A stretch of 64,000 nucleotides of DNA from Paramoeba atlantica. Its lineage: Eukaryota; Protista; Discosea. The stretch lies in the NCBI GenBank assembly GCA_977017575.1, contig CDRNVI010000002.1:124001-188000 (forward strand), given 5' to 3'. Position numbers and translations under genes: made by a program. The notes beneath the pieces are model-generated. The model did no database searches and had not been told where the DNA came from. It saw nothing but the letters and a program-made list of their open reading frames with translations. Positions 31,973 to 42,547 of this stretch are shown piece after piece. Position 1 is the first letter of the stretch, and the number at the start of each line of letters is the position of its first letter.

Positions 31973-33094
31973 TCACGCTACTCCAAAGTAGCCCCCCACG
32001 ACTGACATAAATGTGGTTCTTACTGGAGTAGGCTCTATTGGCGGTAAAGTCTCTTGGTTTGTTGTAATCGGCGAGCTGGGTTCTGGTTTGGAATTAGACT
32101 GGGAACTACCTTCTGTGACATCTTTCTTCCCCTCCTCTGCCTGACTCTCTAGGTTACTTTCGCCGACGGACGCATCAATCGGGATTCTGGGACTCGGAGA
32201 GGGCGACGGAGCAAGCTCATCCATCGTTTTTTCAGAAGGCATAATGTTTTCTACTTCTGGAGACTTCCCACTGTATTCCTCCGAAGGAAACGCCTCCCCG
32301 GATTGTACCCGTCTGCTTCCGGCTGCTGAGATCTCCATACTTTGGGAACGCTGAAATAGCACCGGTGATAGTGTCCCCTCCGTCAAACGGGTCAGACGAC
32401 CAGGTTCCTCATCTACATTCCTACTTTCATCTTCGGAAATCTCACTTTTGCAAAACGTCCTTGCTCCTATGTTCGCAGTGCTATCAGATTTGGAGTTCTG
32501 TTGTAGCGATTTTTTATAAAATAGTGAAGTGAACTGGGCAGTCAGTCGGCTTATGTGATGTGCCACAGATATGCGAGGAACAGTTGGTGTGAAAGAGAGT
32601 TCGAGTTCCTCGCTTTCACCACTCGAAGAGCTGACTTCAACGACATCTATCATTTCATTTTCATCGCGTGCTGCACCGAGAGCTTCGCTGTTTAAACTTT
32701 TAGTAAGATCAGCAGCATCAGTCGAAATATTGCTTCGTATGACTGGTGTGGCCGAAAACTTTCCCGGAGTCGAAAACTTCTGCAAAGTATCCGAGCTTTG
32801 TGCATAAGCCTGTTTGATCCATTTTTCATAAAGATATGTAGATCCGTGACGCATCCATAGCCAAAGACAAAAAGCAGTTTTTACATAGGGATAAAATCCC
32901 AAGAATGGAATCACGGGAGACGCTACGATCTCCCATGATAAAAGAACGGACAGCACAAGCCAATATGTTAACCAAGATCGCTCAACATCTTTCTTTTTGC
33001 TGCATAGCATACGTATCGTAAAGAGAGTGGGTAGAAACACGCTGACTATGAAGCACAGGGGACCTATTCCTATCGTAGCTGCCACGAGCTTCAT
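31973..33094 (-). CDS. TB2/DP1/HVA22 (REEP/Yop1) family protein with long disordered tail
   Basis: FLPTLFTIRML...WLTYWLVLSVLLSWE...FYPYVKTAFCLWL..HGSTYLYEKWIK. Confidence 0.82.
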   Translation of the reverse strand: MKLVAATIGIGPLCFIVSVFLPTLFTIRMLCSKKKDVERSWLTYWLVLSVLLSWEIVASPVIPFLGFYPYVKTAFCLWLWMRHGSTYLYEKWIKQAYAQSSDTLQKFSTPGKFSATPVIRSNISTDAADLTKSLNSEALGAARDENEMIDVVEVSSSSGESEELELSFTPTVPRISVAHHISRLTAQFTSLFYKKSLQQNSKSDSTANIGARTFCKSEISEDESRNVDEEPGRLTRLTEGTLSPVLFQRSQSMEISAAGSRRVQSGEAFPSEEYSGKSPEVENIMPSEKTMDELAPSPSPSPRIPIDASVGESNLESQAEEGKKDVTEGSSQSNSKPEPSSPITTNQETLPPIEPTPVRTTFMSVVGGYFGVA

Positions 33095-33322
33095 AGTTCT
33101 TTATGTTGGAAAGATATATTAAAAAGTATGTAAGATGAAATACTATTGGAGAAACACGGCAAAGTACAACACAAAATCAAAATGATGTGGTTTGTATGAC
33201 GTACTGTATGTGCATGGGATACCTCATACACAATGTATCATCAAGGTTGCGCTGTTTGTAATTCATTCAATGATGAAGTGCATAAATTTGGTACGCAACA
33301 TCTCTCCTGTATTCTCAGGTCA

Positions 33323-34717
33323 TTATCTATTTGCGCTACGCATTTCCCTGGCACGGGATATGCGAGCTGGGTGTGGGCTTCCGGATCTTCGACGAGGCTT
33401 TGCTTCGGCCTCCGATGCGACTTGACGAAACGAAGAGGATAGAACGTATCTCCTCGGATCTCTCTGAAATCGATCGTTAATCTGTGAGGAATGTTCACGG
33501 TCTACCGTGGACGAAGGAAGGGCATTATCTGTGAGAGTCCCCAACTGAGAATATGATGTCGGGTCAATAGGTACATGTAATTTACTGCATTTTGAGATTG
33601 AGCTATTGCGGTGTGCAGGTCTATAGCCAAGAGCGCTCAAACACTTCGATGAATTACGTTCCATTCTTTCTGGTTGTGGCGCATGCAGTGGATGTGCTTC
33701 GAAGGGTACCAAATTTGTATCCCTGGCGTACTCAATGTAAATTCTTGTAGAATCTTTCACCGCATGCGTGTACTGATCAGATGCGGTTGCTAGCTTGACT
33801 TTTGGGGAATTCTGCTTTTCGAAATCAGATTTCGAATCATCTATAGATTTCGAAGTGGGTGGCTTTCTCGGCAAATCATGTTTAATATCGAGCATCTGAT
33901 CGAAAGATGCTTTGCGCACAAGAGTGGATTGCCGTGATCCAGATTTCTGAGCTTCTTGTACCGTAGAACCTCTTGGGGATTCGGACAAGCTTCGCATCTG
34001 AGCGTAACTCGTAGAACGAAAACTCAGTCGTCGTGGATTGACATACAGAGGATTTTGACTAGGTCGAGAATTTACTTTCCTAGAAGAATTTTCTACGGAC
34101 AACTCCCGAATTTTGGTAAATACTGATTCAAGGTCGTTCACACATTGTTTTGAGCCGACAGAAAGATGAAAAGAATTTTTCGTATTCGCATTGCAGTACG
34201 TATTGCGTATCGTGACATTCTCCTCTAAAGAGCTCACCTTTTCTGGCGTTGCACTCAGATTTCCGATAAGAGCCATTTCAAGTCCTTGCAACTGGACCAG
34301 TAACTCGTTATTCAAATCCATCTCTGGATGCAAGCCTTGCACGAGATCAAGCGCTTCCGCGAGTGTCCAATGAAATTTCCACATTGCATAAGCAACTGCT
34401 AGTGCCCCCGCACGTCCTGTTCCGTGCAACGAATGAAGAAGTACACAATTCCCTTCGTCGAGACCTTCATCTATAAAACGGAAGATGGATGTACCTGGCT
34501 GCAGCCCAACGAAAGCTTTGTTCCTTCTCCACTTCAGAGAGAGAAATTTGATATGCAGCGCCTCGAAGAGATTCGGCGCCTCTAGTGCGCAGCAGTTTAC
34601 GATATATCGAATCTTGTTTAGTGTCAAAAACTCGTCATCTTGCGCCGCTGTTCCGTTGCCCACGAATAGACCATCTGTAATTCGGACTGCCGTAAGAGGA
34701 GAAAGTTCAGAATCCAT
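33323..34717 (-). CDS. dual-specificity phosphatase-like protein with Cys-to-Ser active site (pseudophosphatase)
   Basis: VRITDGLFVGNGTAAQDDEFLTLNKIRYIVNC and CVLLHSLHGTGRAGAL in place of HCxxGxxR. Confidence 0.8.
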   Translation of the reverse strand: MDSELSPLTAVRITDGLFVGNGTAAQDDEFLTLNKIRYIVNCCALEAPNLFEALHIKFLSLKWRRNKAFVGLQPGTSIFRFIDEGLDEGNCVLLHSLHGTGRAGALAVAYAMWKFHWTLAEALDLVQGLHPEMDLNNELLVQLQGLEMALIGNLSATPEKVSSLEENVTIRNTYCNANTKNSFHLSVGSKQCVNDLESVFTKIRELSVENSSRKVNSRPSQNPLYVNPRRLSFRSTSYAQMRSLSESPRGSTVQEAQKSGSRQSTLVRKASFDQMLDIKHDLPRKPPTSKSIDDSKSDFEKQNSPKVKLATASDQYTHAVKDSTRIYIEYARDTNLVPFEAHPLHAPQPERMERNSSKCLSALGYRPAHRNSSISKCSKLHVPIDPTSYSQLGTLTDNALPSSTVDREHSSQINDRFQRDPRRYVLSSSFRQVASEAEAKPRRRSGSPHPARISRAREMRSANR

Positions 34718-35275
34718 TGCTTCAGCGCCGAACAGAAGAAAAGAGAATAAGCATCAAAATAAAAGAATAAGTGTAAAATTAGCAGTCTAAACAGGCTCAA
34801 GAATTAAAGAGTCTCAACGAGCATAATGAAAAAAGAATTTACATGAAAAGGTGCGATGTGTTTCAATCTTATTGCAAAAAGATCAAATGGGAAACTAGGT
34901 TCTCAACAGGAGGCATCTCATGGGAACTTTTTAAAAAAACACATTATCTATAGATACAGAAACGGAGTGTTATCCATCTAACTTGACTCAATTATACACA
35001 TCCTTAGGATCAAAAGGGCGAATTAGGGCGAATCAAAATACTGTAGAATACTTGATTTCTAACTATTTTTAGACAGGATAATTCGGTTCAAAACATACGT
35101 TAGGCGATGTATATTCCTCTGACCAAAAGGCCACATTTCCGGCTGTTAGATTTAAATTAGATTCATGACAATAATTCTTTCGAACTACACGATTTTTAAT
35201 GTACTGCACGGGAAGTTTCATTTCGCTATAAATAGAGATTTTGGCAAAGATGCTTCACAGCGAATTACCGCTCTT

Positions 35276-36763
35276 TCAAATCACAATTTCTGTCAATTGT
35301 GCGGACAAATCACACCCTGTGGTCCTGTCTTCCCACCCACCACCTTCACTTCCTACCGTACCAAGCCTCCTCGACGGACGCATGGAGAGCCAATTTCTCA
35401 CCCTCCCCAAACCCTCCCGCACCCACGTTCGCATCTCTAACGTGTAGTAGTTATGCCAGTTCACCACCTGCGCCGCCACAACCACCACCGGCAGCACCAC
35501 AACCATCGACCGCGGACTCTCCAAAGCACTACCCCAGGACCCCACCCCACCCCCAAGTGCGGACCCGAGATTACTCCAAGAGCTTCTAAACGCCGCACTT
35601 AACGGCGCAGCACCCTGCCCCACCCCCGGACTCTCCCACCCAAACACACTCCCGGGGCTCTCCCCCGTACCCGCACCACCCTGACCCCTCCCACCCCCAC
35701 TACCCGAATACGACACCAACGGCGTACTCACCCCTGCTCCCACCCGTTGTTGTGCTCGCATCATCGTAGCGTTACTCCCTCCAATGGTAGTACCACTCCC
35801 ACTCCCCTCGGCCAGCACATCCCGCCATAGGGAGACACACACCCCTTGCAGTACCCTCACCCCCTCCCCCTCCCCGTCACTCCCTTCCCCCTCCCCCTCA
35901 TGGGCCACATGGGTAGGTGGGTTCCCTTTCACGATTACTCCTTTTTCCCTCTTACTGTTGTAAGAGCCGTCGTAAGGGGTAACCCGTGAGGGGGAGAGGG
36001 GGGCGTGGGTGGAGGTCGGGGTGGTACGGGGGAGACTCATGGCTTGGGTTTGGCCCTCACGGCTGTGGCAGGGGCTAAGGCTACTGTAAGGACTACTGCC
36101 GTTGCCATGGCTACCCGCAGCACAACGACTACCCGTAGTACAGGTACTCCCCGTAGTGCGACGACGGCTCGTAGTACCGGTACTACGGGGCGTAGCGTTA
36201 CTCTGGGACTCGGAGCCTGGGATACGGTTGTGTTCGTTTCCGATAAGAGAGGGAGAGATGGTTGAGGGGAGTGACGGGTTGAGGACTGGGGTATCAAGGG
36301 CGTCATGAGAGGCGGCAAAGAGTTGTCCAAGACGTTGTCGGGCGAGAACCGCGTGGTGAGCGGCAACCACCCGGGTTCCGGTTTGGTGGAGTTGCAGGAG
36401 ACGGGTGTGGAGGGAGCGTTCGTCGTCGCAGTCGATCAGGAGACCGGAGAGACGACCCCAGCGGGTGCGAAGCTGACTGGGGGCGCGGTGGTGGGCAAAG
36501 TAGTTTTCGGAGATTTTGCCCCAGGAGTGACCGTGGAGTGCGATGGCGCGGAGCAGGGTCCAGTCCTCGTCGAAGGTGAAGGCGGTGTAGCGCGCGCTGA
36601 GACTGACACGGTGGTGGGCGAGGGTTTGGTAGTGGGATTGAATTTGTTTGGTGGAGCGGTCGCCAAAGTGTTGGCTGATTTCTTGGAGTGATTTACCTTC
36701 GTGCGTGAGGGTGAGGAGTGTGGAACTATCTTCTGCACTCCAGTGAAGCTTTCGTATCTTCAT
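35276..36763 (-). CDS. two-repeat Myb/SANT domain protein with long low-complexity tail
   Basis: WSAEDSSTLL...QEISQHFGDRSTKQIQSHYQTL and FTFDEDWTLLRAIALHGHSWGKISEN...RAPSQLRTRWGRL. Confidence 0.78.
   Translation of the reverse strand: MKIRKLHWSAEDSSTLLTLTHEGKSLQEISQHFGDRSTKQIQSHYQTLAHHRVSLSARYTAFTFDEDWTLLRAIALHGHSWGKISENYFAHHRAPSQLRTRWGRLSGLLIDCDDERSLHTRLLQLHQTGTRVVAAHHAVLARQRLGQLFAASHDALDTPVLNPSLPSTISPSLIGNEHNRIPGSESQSNATPRSTGTTSRRRTTGSTCTTGSRCAAGSHGNGSSPYSSLSPCHSREGQTQAMSLPRTTPTSTHAPLSPSRVTPYDGSYNSKREKGVIVKGNPPTHVAHEGEGEGSDGEGEGVRVLQGVCVSLWRDVLAEGSGSGTTIGGSNATMMRAQQRVGAGVSTPLVSYSGSGGGRGQGGAGTGESPGSVFGWESPGVGQGAAPLSAAFRSSWSNLGSALGGGVGSWGSALESPRSMVVVLPVVVVAAQVVNWHNYYTLEMRTWVREGLGRVRNWLSMRPSRRLGTVGSEGGGWEDRTTGCDLSAQLTEIVI
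35310..36740. other. GC-skew-switch island 3 (switch near 35975)
   Basis: C-run-rich 35310-35960, G-run-rich 35990-36740 on +. Confidence 0.85.
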
Positions 36764-36952
36764 TTCATGGATTTAGGCAAACAAGAAATTCTCAAATAAA
36801 AATAGGTGTTGCGTAAATTATGAGGATTTCTAATGTCAATAACCTAAACAGATGATTTATGCAAATAAATTTTGAAACACAGTACATAAATTTATAAGAG
36901 CGATACTCAGGTTTCTGATAAACGAAAGCAACAAGTGAATGCACATCGATCA

Positions 36953-38146
36953 CTACATCTCATCTAAAAAATCTTTGATTTTTCGACCTACTACTTCGTG
37001 TTGTTTTACAGCAAACTTTTTCATCTTTGAAAACGTTTCTCCAAGCTGCCACGCAACGTCCGAAAGGTATTCTGCCTCACTGCTTCGAGCTGTACTACGA
37101 GAACTGCCCATGCCGCTGTAGTCTGGTCCTGTGGCTGTCCTGCGCTCTATTCTATTCCTGGGAACCCCAAGCGTGTCCTGTGGTAGTGGGGCGGATCCCA
37201 TTCCGCCGTATCGATTCTTCTTTGGAGCAATCTCTGGTTGTGGTTGCGCGTTTCTCTGAGGAACACTTTCTATGGTATGACCCAGGAAACCAGAGGAGCT
37301 GGAATCCTTTGGCTTCGGCTGACTTGAGTCGTATGTCTCATGGGTCGCAACACCGGATGTGTGTGCGGTAGTTGGTGAGTGGGATGACAAAGGCGAGACC
37401 ACTAGAGGTGGTTGTGCAAGGTGCTGCATCCTCTCTTTTTGTTTTTGAGTACTCTCTTCGGGGGCATAAATTTCTTCCTCGATAGGTGTGTCCAAACTTT
37501 CAACCTTAATAGCTCCCAAACCTTTCTTTTTGCGAAGTACAGGACGGGATATTGGTGCCACAGGTTGTGCAGCAGACAGGGGTGGAGGTTTAGAGGTAGT
37601 GAATGTAGTGGGATTGTGCACAATTTGTGACACGTTAAGCTCTCTAGAGCTCTGATGCATCTCAAGAGCGTCTTCAGAATCCACTAAATAAATTGCTTCA
37701 GATTTTTTTGTTTGTGTGATAACCTCCTCTACCTTGTTGTCCAAATACCGTTTGTAGGACGATGCAGCCGCTGAGGTGTACTTTGCAAGGCCATGAAGCC
37801 TTCCGGATGGATCGAGATGTTGTTGGGCTATTCGATTCCCGCCACATCTCATTCGTTCGACATCGTCAGGCCTCCATTCGTCTAACTCAAGAGAGCGAAC
37901 AAATGATACGTGTACACCGTATCCTCGGTGTTTCGCGGAACACTCCATACACAAATAAATGCCATACGTTATTGAACACCAGGAAGGGTTCGGGGCGCCA
38001 CAATCAAAGCATTGTGTATTCGGTTTCTGACGTCGTAAGGCGCAGAGCTGTTTTTCTGTGTCTAGCTCCGGAATGGAGCGCGTAAACGCATCTGAGACAT
38101 TTGTTTCATCGTGGAAGACCGTTTTTGAGGCCAATCCTGTCATCAT
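36953..38146 (-). CDS. ADP-ribosylation factor GTPase-activating protein (ArfGAP, Glo3/Gcs1 type)
   Basis: NTQCFDCGAPNPSWCSITYGIYLCMECSAKHRGYGVHVSFVRSLELDEW. First ATG at 38146. Confidence 0.93.
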   Translation of the reverse strand: MMTGLASKTVFHDETNVSDAFTRSIPELDTEKQLCALRRQKPNTQCFDCGAPNPSWCSITYGIYLCMECSAKHRGYGVHVSFVRSLELDEWRPDDVERMRCGGNRIAQQHLDPSGRLHGLAKYTSAAASSYKRYLDNKVEEVITQTKKSEAIYLVDSEDALEMHQSSRELNVSQIVHNPTTFTTSKPPPLSAAQPVAPISRPVLRKKKGLGAIKVESLDTPIEEEIYAPEESTQKQKERMQHLAQPPLVVSPLSSHSPTTAHTSGVATHETYDSSQPKPKDSSSSGFLGHTIESVPQRNAQPQPEIAPKKNRYGGMGSAPLPQDTLGVPRNRIERRTATGPDYSGMGSSRSTARSSEAEYLSDVAWQLGETFSKMKKFAVKQHEVVGRKIKDFLDEM

Positions 38147-38487
38147 GAAGTAAAGAAGCAAGGTTCTTTCGGTATAAAGCGAAATAAAAAGTAACAAGAG
38201 TGAAAGAAAACGACAGAAAATTATATTCTCCGTTCGAATATTTCTCAGATAAAAACGGAGCGGGTACCACGTACTACACCTGCAATGTTCCAGTAATCAA
38301 AAACCCTACTTTTAGAAAAGAACTGAACAAATGTTGAACATCATAAAAAATGAATAGTTTTCTAAACATCCTCATTTTCCTCTTTAGAAAGTATTAATAA
38401 ATCCGAATCTTGTAAGATAAAAAAAAGACAGCACAACAGCAAGTCAAAAAATTATGGGACGTCGACGTGTGAGAAGAATAAGCTTCT

Positions 38488-38763
38488 CTATATGATATCC
38501 TCAGTAATACCCTCTCTAGCATTCACCTTGCTCGACGATTCTTGCAGCTTCTGAACGTAATCATTGTATGCTGTTTTCGCCCTAAAATCGATTTCCAAGT
38601 TCGGCTGCCATTGTTGGGCCCTGTCGCTCAGTGTTGAATTAATCAGCAGTTCTTCATACGTGTCAATCGCTTGTACTAATTTATCAATTACGTGCATCTT
38701 ATCGGTCCCAGGTAAAGAGCTCGTGCTAACCCATCTAAAAATACTCTCATCAAGTGTTGTCAT
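38488..38763 (-). CDS. small hypothetical helical protein (91 aa)
   Basis: ATG ORF on the cluster strand filling the gap between ArfGAP and RPL5. No family recognised. Confidence 0.4.
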   Translation of the reverse strand: MTTLDESIFRWVSTSSLPGTDKMHVIDKLVQAIDTYEELLINSTLSDRAQQWQPNLEIDFRAKTAYNDYVQKLQESSSKVNAREGITEDII

Positions 38764-39034
38764 TTAGTGTACAAAGTAAATAAAAAAATGAAACCGACTT
38801 AGGAAGTAGAAAAAAGCTTTAACTGCAGGATAGCGTCAAAATCATAGGCTGAAAAATATTTACCTACCTCAAACTTTGGAATTGCATTGTATTTTATGAA
38901 TGTATTCAACAACAACTCCTTTTTCAAAATTCAGACAAGAAACATGACGATTTGTTTTCACATACTCTTCATCACTCAAAGTATTTCGATACCTTTTTCT
39001 TTCTTAGCTTCACACTCTTCCCTTTTCCTCGTAC

Positions 39035-39946
39035 TTACGCCACTTGGGCCATGCGATTCTTCAAGCTTTGGATCTTTTGACGCACCGTGTTCTTGCGATC
39101 CTTGAGCGTGCGCGGGCGCTTGCGGTAGGACTTGGGCTTGTAGTCCGGTGCCTTCGCCTTCGCCCCCTCCTTCTGCTTCTTCTTCATCGGGTCCGCACGA
39201 ATCTCGGCATGGGCCTCACGATACATCCCCTCCAGCTTATCCGCCGTGATCCCTTTCGCCACGTACCGACTAAAATGCGCCTGGTACCGCGCCGGGTCCT
39301 CCTGCTGCAACTTCTCCATGTACTTCGCCACATGGAGGCCAAAAATCCGCTCCCGGTGCACCTCCCCGTTCAACGTCTCACTCTCCTTGTCATACCCCGG
39401 GAACCGGGTCTCACTGTGCGGGACGTTCACCCCCCCATCCACCACCCCTTTCATTACGCCAAACACGCGGGCGCCGGTGGTGGTCCGGGTCAGCCCGGTG
39501 TCCAGGATCGCCTTAAACGGGCGCCGCTCCTCCGCGCGGGTCTCCTCCTCGGGGTTGTAATACCCCCCATCGGGGCCGGTCACCCCGAGGTAGTCCTTAT
39601 CGAGGCCGAAGTGCGCCAACGTGCGGCGGGCCAGCAGCAGCCCGGTGCAGTAGCACGCGGCGTAGTTCGTGAGCCCGAGCTCGACGCCGTAGGCCGGGAG
39701 CTCGTGGGCGTAGGCGGCCGCGACCACGCGGTCCCCGGTGAGCGTCGCGGCACAGATCTGCGCCACCACGTCGGTGTTGGTGATGCGGGCGACGAGACGG
39801 TACTTCGGGGTGTTGTACTTGGTGCGGTCCTGGAGGACGAGCTTGCGGCGGGCCTGGTAGTCGGTCTTGCCCTCGCGACGGCGGCGGTACTTGACCTGGT
39901 AGCGCTTGAAGTAGGTGGAGTTTTTGACGACTTTGACGAAGACCAT
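39035..39946 (-). CDS. RPL5: 60S ribosomal protein L5 (uL18)
   Basis: [34 protein letters not shown]...[18 protein letters not shown]...[27 protein letters not shown]. Confidence 0.99.
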   Translation of the reverse strand: MVFVKVVKNSTYFKRYQVKYRRRREGKTDYQARRKLVLQDRTKYNTPKYRLVARITNTDVVAQICAATLTGDRVVAAAYAHELPAYGVELGLTNYAACYCTGLLLARRTLAHFGLDKDYLGVTGPDGGYYNPEEETRAEERRPFKAILDTGLTRTTTGARVFGVMKGVVDGGVNVPHSETRFPGYDKESETLNGEVHRERIFGLHVAKYMEKLQQEDPARYQAHFSRYVAKGITADKLEGMYREAHAEIRADPMKKKQKEGAKAKAPDYKPKSYRKRPRTLKDRKNTVRQKIQSLKNRMAQVA

Positions 39947-40086
39947 GGGGAGGGAGGGAGGGAGGGGGTGGAGGTGAGAGAAAGAGAAGAGAAAAAAAGG
40001 GTGAAGAGGAGGGAGAAAAAAAGGTGAGGAAGGGATGGAGGGTGGGTAAGGGTGTAGGGGAAATGTTGTGTGGAGGGAAAGGAATA
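39150..40086. other. GC-skew-switch island 4 (switch near 39600-39700)
   Basis: RPL5 third positions go from C-ending (GTC, CGC, ACC, GCC) to G-ending (GTG, CGG, GGG, GCG). No C on + from 39945 to 40086. Confidence 0.8.
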
Positions 40087-40256
40087 CAAATACAGGGTTT
40101 TTGATTTGAAATGTTTTTTTTCTATTTTTGAAGAAAGGTACATATTAAGCTTGTATACAAAGGTTTTGAGTTCAAAAGCATACAAACGTTTTGTGGATGG
40201 CCACGTTAGCGTGTGCGTTGGTTGGCGGATCCATCTGACCCACAACATGAAAATCC

Positions 40257-41123
40257 TTAGGTTTGATTCTCATCCTGCTTGTGATCCTCCGTAGAATCGT
40301 GCGCGTGGACGGATTTTTTATCGTTTTCAAGTGGGTTGTCTTCCTCCTCATGTGACAACTCTACTGAAAAATAGGAGGACACAAAGTGAGTTAGGAAAAG
40401 AATTGCTCCACATCCTAAAATGCGTAGTTCATTTCCGCTGTATGGGGTTCGGCTGGTATTTGTTGTGGAGTAGGGTACGTAGTGAGCCTCTAACCTCCAT
40501 TCATGAGACTTAGAGAGCTGAGATTGTATCTGCGGAAACTCTTGGACAGTAAAATTGCGGTAGGATTCTGGAAGCATGGAAATAAACTCCAACACAGATG
40601 ATGTCGCACTTAGACACAATACTGATGATCCACAACGAAAAAGTGCATTGCTCCACGCACGAAACTCGCTTTTGAATTTCAAAAAGAGATATTCATCAGG
40701 CTCAATATCTGGAGGTGCCCTCCGAGTTTCCTGACTCCGTATCGGGTGTAGCCAGCGTTGCCACAATGTCAATTTGTCACGTCGTATGGTTTCTATTTCC
40801 TCGGGATGGTGGTATAAATAGATGCTCCAAAGGAGAGGACACAAAACGTTCTCGAGGTATGATAAATAAATAATGGCGATACCTGTTGCACCGAAGAGGC
40901 GTCGCGCAATTTCTTCGATGCCTACCAGCGATGCAGAACGAGATGCAATGGAGATAGAGGGATCGTTATGCGGAGAACAGTGAATCGTGTAACAAAGATT
41001 TTGTACAAGAGAGAACCAACTCGCAGCTATTGTTGCTTGCGGGGACAAATATCGTATGGTGCCGTATTTCGAAGAGCTATCTTTAACACTGACACGCGGT
41101 GGTAAATGTAAACCACAGTTCAT
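40257..41123 (-). CDS. hypothetical protein with short hydrophobic segments
   Basis: About 288-aa ORF from the first ATG (MNCGLHLPP). No family recognised. Confidence 0.65.
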   Translation of the reverse strand: MNCGLHLPPRVSVKDSSSKYGTIRYLSPQATIAASWFSLVQNLCYTIHCSPHNDPSISIASRSASLVGIEEIARRLFGATGIAIIYLSYLENVLCPLLWSIYLYHHPEEIETIRRDKLTLWQRWLHPIRSQETRRAPPDIEPDEYLFLKFKSEFRAWSNALFRCGSSVLCLSATSSVLEFISMLPESYRNFTVQEFPQIQSQLSKSHEWRLEAHYVPYSTTNTSRTPYSGNELRILGCGAILFLTHFVSSYFSVELSHEEEDNPLENDKKSVHAHDSTEDHKQDENQT

Positions 41124-41668
41124 ATCGTATTGTAAGGATGATGAAAAAGCAGTCACTAAAGCCGTTAGGGATGAGTAATATACGTACTAGAGGAGACTAT
41201 AGTGCAAATACGTTAGTTGTCTCTAATTTCAAATATTGACCGTTACATGAGAATATTATTAGATTCGTGGTGAATTGCATTGCATGTGAATTTGGCTTGG
41301 TTTCAACGTGAACAGCTATGATTTAAAACTTAAAGGCAAACCTCGTTAAGATTCATATTTACGATACTTGTGAATGGTAAGAAAAGACGACAACCCACGA
41401 ATATTATTTTGCAAATGGGTAAACAACTTCTGCACATTATGCAAAGACTAAATCAGGTTAAATTCCGTCCTATAGTTTGAGATAAAAAACATAAGTACAT
41501 ACTACATATCTCGTTGCACCTTTGTCCTACATGAATGAAATCAAAATGACCATAGATTCTTGTTTGTATACCTTGACGTAGAAATATGATGAGAGCACAT
41601 AATTCCAGATAAATAATCAAACCCTAAAAAGATTTCGTGCTCCATTTTACCCCTTGTCATTTCCTGTC

Positions 41669-42019
41669 TTACTGCTCCTCACGCGCGGCAAGACGTGCGG
41701 CGCGTTTCTCCTTGTCCACTTCGTAGAGCTCCTTAAACTCAGGGGTTTTCACAACCCACACCTGCAGACGGCCTACATCCCGGCGCGCATCCTCATCCTG
41801 CTCATCAACACGAGAGGTGCGAAGTTTGGTAACTTTGCAGTAGCCCGAGGTGCAGAGAATGTCAGCAACAGAGGCAACGCGATCGACACTGTAGCCAAGA
41901 CCGCTGATAACAATTTCCTTCTCGCCCTCGTCAAGGAGTCGCTTGATGACAGCCATGTAGGTAAACAGAGGGCGTCGGGAAGACACGTTGACCACGTTGT
42001 TCGGCTTGGTAGCAGACAT
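41669..42019 (-). CDS. ALBA: Alba-domain RNA/DNA-binding protein (kinetoplastid Alba1/2 type)
   Basis: NVVNVSSRRPLFTYMAVIKRLLDEGEKEIVISGLGYSV..VASVADIL....KVTKLRTSR. ATG at 42019. Confidence 0.85.
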   Translation of the reverse strand: MSATKPNNVVNVSSRRPLFTYMAVIKRLLDEGEKEIVISGLGYSVDRVASVADILCTSGYCKVTKLRTSRVDEQDEDARRDVGRLQVWVVKTPEFKELYEVDKEKRAARLAAREEQ

Positions 42020-42547
42020 AGAATAAGAGTTAGGTGAAAGGTTGGTAGAGGTATAGAAGGGAGATTTAGTAAAAGAATTCTGATCCAAAGTAAAGGCTAT
42101 GCTAACTGTGGAAAGCAAAAGGGGCTAAGAATAGTTCTTTCAGTCAAACTTAGAGGGTCAAAGTAGGTAGTATGAGCAAAAACCAAAAATAAGAGTATGC
42201 ACGGATAACAATGTACGTTAGAGTTTATCTTTTTCTAACCGTACTCTAAAATTGTTCATTTATGGAAACAAATGTGGTAGTAAACTAACGGCAATGGTGA
42301 ATTTTTTTTAAAGTCTTTTTTTTAAAACGCGGCATTGCCTCTATATTTTTACCCAGTAGACGAACCAAGTAGGTCCATTGGGGGGGTACATATATGGTAG
42401 GATATGGTATATACCTATGGTATTTATATATGGTGAAAATAAGGGTAAAAAGACAGATAAAACAGAAACAAAATTCTATGAGGCTCAAAAAGAGTAAAAC
42501 ACAGTTGTGAAAAACTAAAAATTATTGTGCAAGATCGATTTCATATT

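Noticed and set aside
39044-40027. 327-aa plus-strand ORF and many other overlapping ORFs in the GC-rich islands (e.g. 11055-11444, 36005-36691, 50685-51428, 51241-51915)
   Set aside because: Antisense or alternate-frame shadows of real genes, open only because stop codons are rare in GC-rich skewed sequence. No protein motifs.
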